From assembly GCF_000142905.1 (NCBI RefSeq), contig NW_013657620.1, forward strand, positions 124,001-188,000: a stretch of 64,000 nucleotides of DNA, read 5' to 3'. Shown here one piece after another: positions 30,201-39,010 of this stretch (its first letter is position 1; each line of letters begins with the position of its first letter). The stretch comes from Thecamonas trahens ATCC 50062. Lineage: Eukaryota > Protista > Apusomonadida. The notes under the pieces are model-generated. The model was given only the letters and a program-made list of their open reading frames with translations. It was not told the DNA's origin and searched no databases. Position numbers and translations under genes: made by a program.

Positions 30201-32619
30201 GGCCCAGCAGGCCGTCCTTTGTCCGCAGGCCAAATGTATAGTGGCTCGAGTGGAGGGCAAATGCCCACGAGTCAAGAGCCGCAGGCGAACCAGCGTCATC
30301 AAACTCGGCGGCCGAGACGCGGTTGTTGAATCGGACTCTCGGCGCACTGTCAGGCGTGTCTGAGGTGATGTCGTCGTCGTCGGTGGCATCAGGCTTGATG
30401 GTACCGGCGAGGGCGGCGGCGCGACGGGCGTCTTTCTTCACCGACGACATGCCAAAGTCACAGAGCTTGGGTACCCACGACGAGTCGAAGAGAACGTTGA
30501 GCGACTTAAAGTCGCCGTGGATGACGCCTGCGTGCGAGAGGTACTGCAGGCCCATGGTGATGGCGTGGGCCCACTTGAGGACAATGGACGGGTCGAGGAA
30601 GAGGTCGGGCGCGTGGAGGACGGCGTACATGGAGCCGCGACTCATAAACTCGGTGACGATGGCGGGTGGCTCGAGGGTGACGCCCATAAAGATGACGACG
30701 TTGGGGTGGCGGAGGCGCATGAGCATGGACGACTCGTCGATAAACTCACGGAGCTGACGCGCGTTCATGTCCGCGGTCCGGGTCCGCTTGACAGCCACCG
30801 GCGTGGCGCGCCAGCGGCCGGCGTATACGGTGCCGTACGAGCCCTCGCCAACGACTTGACCAACAAGGAGCTCTCGCGGGTTGATGACCAAGTCCGAGTC
30901 GGACTGCAGCTTGTAGGTGACGGCCTTGCGGCGGTAGATGACAAAACCAATGGAGATGAGACCGATGCAGCAGACGACAACAAGCGGGAGGACGATGGCG
31001 AGGAGAAGGGCGGCGTTCGAGTCTGCCACCTCGACCGGAGTGACGATGTCGTAAGTGGCGGTGGCGGTGTCGGAGCGTCGGAGGTCGTCGCGGATGGCAA
31101 AGGCCTGTACCACGTGCTGGCCAGGGCGGAGGAGGGCGATCGGCCCGGTGTAAACGAGCGAGGCCTCGGACGGGACCGAGCCGTCAATGGTGTAGTAGAT
31201 GGTGGCACCGGTGTTAAGCCGCGTGAGCGAGACGGTGATGGGCCCGGTGTACGAGCCAGTCGACGGCGTAATGGTGGGAATTGTGGCGCGTCGAAGGACT
31301 TCGGCTTGGCGGATGGCCTCGAGGACTGGAATGCGTGCCGAGACGAGGGCGTCGGCCTGGGCCTGCGACGAGATGACGTGGAGGGCAAACATAAAGTCCT
31401 GCCACTCGGTGACGAGCTCACCGTAGCCAAAGCCGGTCATGGCCGACCGCCCGTAAGCATTGGACGACGCGGCCATGACCTCGAAAGCGATGCGAGTCCG
31501 GTTGGCGGCAATGGCGTTGCGGAGCGAGTAGTGGGCCGGAATGGTGCCCGCATGTGTGGAAATGAGCGCCTCCTGGACAGAGCGCTTGGCCATGTAGCGG
31601 AGGACGTTCTTGGCAGTGTCTGGGAAGAGCGAGCGTGTGGGAATGCCAAAGGCCATGTATGTGCCGAGCCCACCGTCAGTGGCAGGGCCCGGCGAGACAG
31701 TTGCGCCGGGGCCATCGTAGATGGCGGGAAAGGCAAACGCGTCGAGGTCGTCCTCAGCGAGGCCATTGGCAACGGCGACACTGGCGACTGATTCAAAGCC
31801 GCAGTAGACGGCGATGCGTCCAGACGAGAGTCCCGACGCGTCCCACAGGCGGAGCGGGACTGAGCTGAGGTCGACGACAAAGGCGGAGCGGTGGATGAGC
31901 TCGCCAAAGGCTGAGAGCGAGGAGAGGATACGCGGGTCGGTGAAGGAGATGTTCGCGGCGAGAAAGGCGTCGTAGAACTCGTTGCCGTGCATGCGGATGA
32001 AGAGGTAGTCCAGAATGACGCCCGGCGGGAGGTACGGGAGATCGATGCCGAGACAGCCACGGCCCGAGATGGAGATGGTGTCGCACATGTCGAGGAAGGC
32101 GGACCACGTTGTCGGTGGCGAAAGACCGAGAGCGTAGAAGGTCGGCCGGTGGTAGACGCAAAGCGAAGTGGTGCCCATCGACGGCACGCCATATCGGGTC
32201 CCATCGGGGCCCGATGCGAAGCGACGAGCCGATTCGAGCATGTCGCTGTTGAGGTCAGCCTCTTCCCAGATGTCCGAGATGTCGAGAAAGAGGCCGTCGT
32301 CTATAAAGCCGCCGAGGTCGGCGCCATTGTAGAGAGGTACAATGTCTGGCGCCCCGTCGGGAGTCAGCCAGAGCTCATACACAGATCTGTCGGGCGAAAA
32401 GTCAAAGCGGTGGAGCGAGACCCGCGCATCGCCTCGACTGGCATTGCTTGCCGCGTGGTATGCGTCGAGAAAGGCCTGCGCGCCCATCGTGAGTGCTGAT
32501 GATGGCGAGGTATAGATCATCATACGAAGGTCGGGGTGGTCCGCCGAAGCTGGGTATGTCGGATGCGCCAGCAAGGCCAGCAACAGGGCCAACGCGAGCC
32601 CGAGCCGGGTATAGGTCAT
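27242..32619 (-). CDS. Receptor TKL kinase: signal peptide, extracellular solute-binding protein (ABC sugar-binding type), Fn3-associated/chitobiase C-terminal domain, TM, TKL kinase, degenerate class III cyclase, C-terminal pseudokinase; apparent frameshift at about 28416
   Basis: MTYTRLGLALALLLALLA signal. APDIV...FIDDGLFLDISDIW...DGTRYGVP...YHRPTFYALGLSPPTTWSAFLDMC (SBP family 1). PTITPSTGSYTGPITVSL...ATIYYTIDGSVPS. TM, then GEGSYGTVY, VAVK, HGDFKSLNVL, DFG, GTLFWTAPE. Second kinase-like ORF 27242-28357 (HGSLRPSNILL, DYG, YMSPE, GDIFVLG). Confidence 0.85.
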
Positions 32620-33061
32620 GGATGTGAGGGAGGGGAGGGGGTTGCCAGGCGGGAGGTCTGCGCCACGGCTTGCGTGGGCGAGGCGGCGGCGACGGGTGGT
32701 GGTGGCGATGAGAGGAGCGGGTGCTGCCTCGGCGAGTCTTGACCCAAGGCGGGAGAAAGCGGGTAAATGGCTTGTCCTGGTGAAGAGCAAAGTTTGTAAA
32801 TAATATTTGGCGGGGTCAATGCGGCGCCTGTTTGGTGTGTGTTAGCGGAATGGCAAGAGGAGAAGAATGTAGAGGGAAGAGGAGGTTGTGGAGCTTGATG
32901 GGCGAGCTAGAAGTGGTGAGTGATGGGTGTGGGAGAAGATTGAGAGGGTTAGTAGTGGAAGGGGGGAGGGGAGAGAGTAGGAGATTGTGGTATTGACAGA
33001 TAGTGGCATTTTGAAAATTTGTAACATGTGTACCGTAATTCGCGGTGGTGGAGGCTATTGC

Positions 33062-33132
33062 GGGGGGCGGGCGGGGCGGGCGGGTTGGGTGGGTTGGGTG
33101 GGTTGGGAGGGGTTGGGGGGGGGGGGGGGGGG
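33062..33132 (+). promoter_or_regulatory. G-quadruplex-prone tract in the divergent promoter between the receptor kinase and PKD2
   Basis: GGGCGGGCGGGGCGGGCGGGTTGGGTGGGTTGGGTGGGTTGGGAGGGG followed by poly-G. Function is inferred only. Confidence 0.4.
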
Positions 33133-33199
33133 ACCTGAGCAACAGTGGCACAGGTACAACACACATACACACACACGTGTCTCTGGCTGTGGTGTAGGG

Positions 33200-35347
33200 A
33201 TGGGGCAGCATGGACGTGGGCGGCGGAAGCAGGCGCTCAAGGCGCAGGGGACAGGGGCTGTGCGTGCGGAGGAGTACCATGCGCGTATGGCCAAGTTTGC
33301 TGGCGAGCTGAAGGAGGAGCTGGAGCGTGCGGTGCAGAAGAAGAAGCTCCGTGCGACGGTCAAGGTGGCCATCCGGGAAATGGTGGTGTACTTTGTGTTT
33401 CTTACAGTCTTCTCGTTTGTGGTCCTCGGAGCGCGTGACCCGCTGTACTCGTTCCAGTACAATGAGTTTATGAAGGACTTGTTTCTCGCCGAGGAGTTCC
33501 CCGAGCCGGACATCTACAAGACCTTTTATGATGTGGCGACGTTTGAAGAGTTCTGGGAGTTTATGCATGATGTCTTTGTACCGGCGCTGTTTGCGGATCA
33601 GGGCGGCTTTGGTGAGGGCTACATCTACGGACAGAACGTTCTAGTCGGCGCTGTCCGTTTGAGGCAAGTCCGCGTCTCGCGTGGTCACTGCCAGCCGGAA
33701 GGGCCTTTTGGCCGAGTCATCACCTCAAACGAGTGCTTTGCCCGCTACTCGCGGAGCCTCGGCGATACGGCGAGGTTTGGCCCCGAGCAGCAGTTTGTGT
33801 ACTCGTCGGCCAAGGAGCTGGACACGGTGCCGCAGCTGGCGCGGCTGCAGCTGTTTGAGGGCGGCGGGTACGTCGAGTACTTTCCGGCCTCGCTACAGCA
33901 GGACGAGCATGCGCAGCACATGCGGGATTTGGAGAACGGGACGTTTGTGGACTTGCAGACACGGGCGCTGTTCATCGACTTTACGACGTACAACACCAAC
34001 GTCAACCTGTTCCACGTCGCGCAGCTGACGTTTGAGTTTCTGCCGTCGGGCGGCGTCTTTCCCTCGGCCACGTTTCGGGTCATGCGGCTGTACAAGTACA
34101 ACAACGACGTGTCGGGCACCATCCAGTTTGTGCTCGAGATGATCCTCATCATCATGGTGCTCGGGTACTTTGTTGAGGAGGTGTGGGAGCTGTATGACAC
34201 CGGGTGCTGGGAGTATTGGCACAATCTGTGGAACGTCATCGACTGGATCAATCTCCTCCTCTTCCTCGCAGCCTTTTGCGTTCGCATTGCCCTGGTAGCC
34301 ACGTTTGAGAAGATGAACCTCGATCCGCGGGCGACGACGCGGTTCTACAACTTTCAGACGCTCGTCCTCCTCAACTCGGCAGAGAACAACATCCTGGCGT
34401 CGAACGCGTTTATCCTCTGGTTCAAGGTCTACAAGTACACCAAGTTTTTCCCGCCGATGCGGACGGTGTCGGACACGATTGCGCGGTCGATCCAGAACAC
34501 GATTGGTTTTGTGGCCGTCGTCATGTTTGTCCTCTTTGGCTTTGCGCAAGCTGGTGTCCTGGCCTTTGGCTCGGACGTGGAAGACTTCCGGTCGTTCATC
34601 GACACCTTTTACACGCTCCTCCGCCTCCTGCTCGGCGACTTTGACTTTGAGACCATGCAGTACTCGAACCGAGTCTTTGGCCCGCTCTACTTTCTGTTCT
34701 TTATGGTTGTCGTCTTCTTTGTCATGCTCTCCATGTTCCTCGCCATCCTCAACGACTCGTACCTGCAGGTCCAAGCCGAGAACAAGGCCCGGTCCGAGAA
34801 GGAGCTCAACGTGGTGGAGGCCTTCCGCGACTGGGTCAACGCCCGCACCGCTTTTCTCCGCAAGCGGCAGGAACGCATCCGCGACTTTTCCGAGAACATT
34901 CGCACCGCCGACGCCAACGCCGACGCCGTCCTCGATCTCGACGAGCTCCGCCAGGTCTTCAACATGTACGAGGACGAGGCCCGCGAGCTGCTTGGGGTCA
35001 ACTCGGCCGAGGAGTTGCTAGCTCGCTTTGACGTCGACGGCAACTCGGTCCTCGACGCTGAGGAGCAGGCCCGCCTCGTCCGCGCCATCGAGCAGTGGAA
35101 CTCGCGCGCCCAGGCCGAGACCGACCAAATTGTCGAACTCAACGAGGACATCGACGACCCGACCGTGGCCGGCGTCGACCGGCAGATCGCGCTCTACATG
35201 GCCGCCCTCAAGCAGGACATGCGGGTCTTTGCCCGTCTCGAGACCACCGTCGAGCGCAACTTGCTCGCCCTTCTCGACGCCTCGGGCATCGGCCGCGACG
35301 CCTACCTCAACGAGATGGGCACGACCTCGTACTCGAGCGAAGACTAA
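33200..35347 (+). CDS. PKD2: Polycystin-2 (TRPP) cation channel with two C-terminal EF-hands
   Basis: NVLVGAVRLRQVRV, GGGYV, VDLQTRALFIDFTTYNTNVNLF, FEFLPSGG (TOP domain); six TM; pore LLGDFDF; FFVMLSMFLAILNDSY; EF loops DANADAVLDLDE and DVDGNSVLDAEE. The 5' end is uncertain (possible GTAC...TAG intron at 33154-33197). Confidence 0.93.
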   Translation: MGQHGRGRRKQALKAQGTGAVRAEEYHARMAKFAGELKEELERAVQKKKLRATVKVAIREMVVYFVFLTVFSFVVLGARDPLYSFQYNEFMKDLFLAEEFPEPDIYKTFYDVATFEEFWEFMHDVFVPALFADQGGFGEGYIYGQNVLVGAVRLRQVRVSRGHCQPEGPFGRVITSNECFARYSRSLGDTARFGPEQQFVYSSAKELDTVPQLARLQLFEGGGYVEYFPASLQQDEHAQHMRDLENGTFVDLQTRALFIDFTTYNTNVNLFHVAQLTFEFLPSGGVFPSATFRVMRLYKYNNDVSGTIQFVLEMILIIMVLGYFVEEVWELYDTGCWEYWHNLWNVIDWINLLLFLAAFCVRIALVATFEKMNLDPRATTRFYNFQTLVLLNSAENNILASNAFILWFKVYKYTKFFPPMRTVSDTIARSIQNTIGFVAVVMFVLFGFAQAGVLAFGSDVEDFRSFIDTFYTLLRLLLGDFDFETMQYSNRVFGPLYFLFFMVVVFFVMLSMFLAILNDSYLQVQAENKARSEKELNVVEAFRDWVNARTAFLRKRQERIRDFSENIRTADANADAVLDLDELRQVFNMYEDEARELLGVNSAEELLARFDVDGNSVLDAEEQARLVRAIEQWNSRAQAETDQIVELNEDIDDPTVAGVDRQIALYMAALKQDMRVFARLETTVERNLLALLDASGIGRDAYLNEMGTTSYSSED

Positions 35348-35355
35348 AGTGCAGG

Positions 35356-36672
35356 CTACCAGCCGTGGGTGAGCCAAGGCTTGACGCTCGGATCGGCATC
35401 GAGTCCGGGCCATGGCTCGTCAGCATCGAGCTCAGATGCGGTGAGCTGCGAGTGGTCAGTCCCGACAAACGCCGGTGGCCAGTACTGATCGAGGTAGACG
35501 CCAAGGAGCTTGGAAAAGTGCGGATCGCCCGCGGGCGAGGCAGTTGTCCCGTGCGACGGCGCGTATGTGTGTGACGAGAGGATACAGCACGGCTCGTCGT
35601 CACGGGTATGGCAGGCTTTGACGCACGCGTTCCATGCTGTCCCATACGTCGGGAGCGAGATGAGGCCCGGATGGAAGGCGCACCGCGCTGGCGACGAAGA
35701 CTCGGTCTCGCCGCATCGGGTGCATGTCCGCAGCGAGGAGGGGTGAGGGACCGGTGACGGTGGGAGCGGTCGCGGCGACGTGAGCGAGTCGTCGCTGAGC
35801 GCCATGCTAGGGCTTGACGCCGCCGAGAGGTAGCTCTCGAAATCGGAGTGAGGCTCCAAGACGTCGTGGTCGTCACCACTGTCATCGCCGTCCCGCCCGA
35901 CAGTGGACGTGGACGGCGAGAGGAGCAGGACGTCGTTGATGATGTCGAGCTGTTGGCCCATGTTGGACAGTTCGTTGCCAACCTCGGCCCGCAGCCGGCC
36001 GATCTCGCGCAAGACTGCGTCCTCCAGCTTGTTGCTGTTGCTGCAGGCAGCGACCTTTGCCCGCCGCCGCCGCGAGCTCTTGACCCGGGTCCGTTTTGGA
36101 CGACCCCGCGAGGAGCGTCGCCGGGCCGAAGCCGCTGCAGAGCGTGTGGTCGTGGTCGTCACCGTGTCGCCCGACTCGGTCACGGTCACAGTCTCTGTGC
36201 CTGCACGAGAGCCGTCGGCATGGCGGGCATGATGGCCACGATCACTCCAGCAGCCGGAATGGTCGTAGCCGCACGTAGCAGGAGCAGGAGCAGGCGGAGG
36301 CACCGGCACCGGGACAGGTACAGGTGTGGCTGTAGCCAGAGCCGGGGCTGATCCACGTTGAACAACGACGACGTTCCGGGTAGACAAGCCGGGACGGAGA
36401 GAGGGCCGAGCAGAGACAACGGGCGGCGGCGATGACGGATGAGGAGGGTGCGGCGAGTGGCGACGATGGAGCGGATGCAGCAGGTGGTGTCTGCCGGCGA
36501 TCCTGCAACCTGTCCAGACAGGGGCACTGGCATCGGACGGGCGTGGTGTGGGACGGGCGGGAGGAGTAGGTGCGGTGGTGGCTGGGGAGCGGGCTACGGG
36601 CATGAAGGGTGTCGAGCGGAGGCGGGTGTGGAGGGGGTGGGGAGCAGCCCCCGGGAGGAGGCGCTGGGTCAT
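35356..36672 (-). CDS. Hypothetical protein: disordered N-part, short coiled coil, C-terminal CxxC...CxFHPG...WxxC...CC...H zinc-binding motif
   Basis: ATG (MTQRLL) at 36672. LEDAVLREIGRLRAEVGNELSNM coil. CTRCGETESSSPARCAFHPG...WNACVKACHTRDDEPCCILSSH. Confidence 0.6.
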   Translation of the reverse strand: MTQRLLPGAAPHPLHTRLRSTPFMPVARSPATTAPTPPARPTPRPSDASAPVWTGCRIAGRHHLLHPLHRRHSPHPPHPSSPPPVVSARPSLRPGLSTRNVVVVQRGSAPALATATPVPVPVPVPPPAPAPATCGYDHSGCWSDRGHHARHADGSRAGTETVTVTESGDTVTTTTTRSAAASARRRSSRGRPKRTRVKSSRRRRAKVAACSNSNKLEDAVLREIGRLRAEVGNELSNMGQQLDIINDVLLLSPSTSTVGRDGDDSGDDHDVLEPHSDFESYLSAASSPSMALSDDSLTSPRPLPPSPVPHPSSLRTCTRCGETESSSPARCAFHPGLISLPTYGTAWNACVKACHTRDDEPCCILSSHTYAPSHGTTASPAGDPHFSKLLGVYLDQYWPPAFVGTDHSQLTASELDADEPWPGLDADPSVKPWLTHGW

Positions 36673-36795
36673 GGTGAGGGGGTGGGGTGGTGGTGGTGGT
36701 GGTGGTGGTGGTGGTGGTGGTGGTGGTGGTGGTGGGCGACGGGCAACGGGCAGGCTCTGGGCAGGCACAGAGGCAGGGGAGGGGGGTTGAGGGAT

Positions 36796-38803
36796 TTAGT
36801 AGAAGGCGGTAGTGTGGAGGATGGAGGTCCGCTCACGCTTCTGGAACTTGTTGAGGACCGACTCGAGATCGTCCTCGAGGTCGTCGATGTTCTCGATCTC
36901 GTTGATGAGCTTGAGGGTGACCTGGCCACCGAGGGTGGCGGCCTCCGAGTTATCGACGGTCTCGATGTTGATGACCTGGACCGGGTCCATAGTCTGCGAG
37001 CCGCGCTCGAGCAGGTCGGTGAGGACGGCCTCAAAAACGCGGTTTTCAAAGCAGACAACGACGTCAACCTGGACGTCGGCATCGGCGTGGTTGGCGTGCT
37101 GCCACTTCTCGGGCATGGTCTTGGTGTCGATGTTGCGCTCGAGCATGGCGAGCATGCCGTTGCGGCGGTAGAGCTCCTCGTCCTTGGAGAGGAGGTCCTC
37201 GTACACGTCCTTGTACGTGGCGGTGCCGTACTCGTAGCAGTTGGGCTTGTCGCGCGACGGGCCCGGGATCTTGATCTGCGAGCCGGTGCCAAAGGACGAG
37301 ACGTTAAAGCCCTTCTTCTGCAGCACGTAGTGGGCCTCCATGGAACGGTTCATGTTGGAGGCACAGACCATGGTGTAGCGGTACTTTTGCTTCTTGCGCT
37401 GCGAGGCCTCGCGGGCCTCGCGCTCGGCAGCAGCCTCGCGCCGCTTCTCCAGCATCGACGCCATCTGGGCCTTGCGCTCAGCGGCAGCCTTGCGGGCGGC
37501 CTCGCGCTTGGCCTCCTGCTCGCGCAGCTGCTCCTCGCGACGGGCGGCGGCCTCTGCGGCGGCGGCGGCCTCGGCCTCTGCGGCGCGGCGTGCAGCCTCT
37601 GCGGCGGCGGCCTTGGCGGCGGCTTCTGCGGCGGCGCGGGCGGCGGCCTCGGCAGCCTTGGCCTCCTCTGCGGCGGCAGCGAGGCGGGCCTCCTCCTCCT
37701 TGCGCTTGCGGGCCTTCTCGGCCTGCGCGGCGCGCCAGGACCGGATGGCTTCGGCCTTGTCGGCGGCGCGACGGGCCTTGTCGGCCTTGCGCGACTCAAC
37801 GGCAGAAGTCGACGCCTCGCCACCGAGCTTCTTGCGGCGCTTGCGAGCGTCGACGTCGAGGAGCGGCTCGCGGACCTCCCACGGCGAGACGCGGTCGTAG
37901 TCGGCGCCATCGGCCGGAGGGTCAAACTCCCCGGTCTCCTCGTTGTACCAGATGACCTGCAGGCACTCCCAGCAGGTGACCGATGGGAGCTTGGCGTGGA
38001 TGCGGCCAAGGTACCAGGTGTCGTCGAACTTTTGCTCAACCTCGTCGTCCTTCAGCCACGCAGTGTGGATCGACGACTCGTACAGGGCGTAGGGAATGAT
38101 AAAGTCCGGCTCTGACGCATTCCTATCCAGCGAGATCATCAACCGGTTGGCCTCCTCCCCTCCGCCCGTCACATAGTCATCGTCGTCCGGATGGATGTCC
38201 AGCACCACCTGGGTGTGATTCTCCGCCACCGAGGTGATGGCTACCACTGTCGCATGCACCATGTCGAGTTTGCGCAGGCCATTCTGTGTGCATGGGTATG
38301 TGTGTGTTAGTATGTATGTATGTATGTATGTGTGTGTATGTATGTGTGTGTGTGTGTGTATGTATGTATGCATGTATGTGTGTGTGTGTGTGTATGTGTG
38401 TGGCATGGGTGCGTCAAGTCGCCTTGGGTTGTGGCGGGGGAGGGAGACGGGGGGGGGGATGGGCATGGTGGCAGCGGGAGAAGTACTGGGCAGGGGAGTG
38501 TATAAACAAGGACAGGGGGTGGACGGGGTAGAGGAGCAGGTGTGGGGCAGGTATGGGTATGTGTGCGGTATGTGTGAGGCACAGGGTAGAGGTGGGAAGG
38601 GCAGGGCAGGGGGGAGGGGGCGGAGGGTGTACCTTTGTGTCGGCGGCAAAGTGGTCGGTGTGCTTGGCATGGCCCTCCTGGATGTACACCACTTCAAGGC
38701 CAGGACGGAGCTTGGGGAAGAGGTCTCCGTCAGGTGCAAAGACCTCATCACGGCCCCCGTTGCCGTCTTGGTTGTTCTCGCGCTTCCGCTTCTTGTTGTC
38801 CAT
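36796..38803 (-). CDS. SSU72: BRWD/PHIP-type Tudor-like module fused via a charged helical linker to Ssu72 RNA Pol II CTD phosphatase; exons 38803-38633 and 38283-36796
   Basis: Ssu72: VCASNMNRSMEAH, VSSFGTGSQIKIPGPS, YRRNGMLAMLERN, PEKWQ, HTTAFY*. N-part: PKLRPGLEVVYIQEGH, PDFII, WYLGRI, WECLQVIW, RVSPWEV. Phase-0 intron joins ADTK|NGLR. Confidence 0.88.
38284..38632 (-). other. Spliceosomal intron (349 nt) containing (CA)/(TACA) microsatellites
   Basis: AAG|GTACAC donor, TACTAAC branch site (38312-38306), CAG| acceptor; splicing restores a continuous Tudor-like sequence. Confidence 0.9.
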
Positions 38804-39010
38804 TCTGTGGGGTGTGTGCAGCGCACAGAGAGGAAGGGAGAGAGAGAGAGAGGGGTGCCGCCTAGTGGTAGTGGTAGCGGTCGGGCGGAGTGGCAGGCGG
38901 TGGCTGGCAGGCTGACTGCTCGGTCATCCACACTGGAGCAGTGGTATGGGTCTGATGGCTTTTCATGGCTTTCATGGTGGGGGTTAGTTCGTGGGGAGGG
39001 GGAGGGCGGC

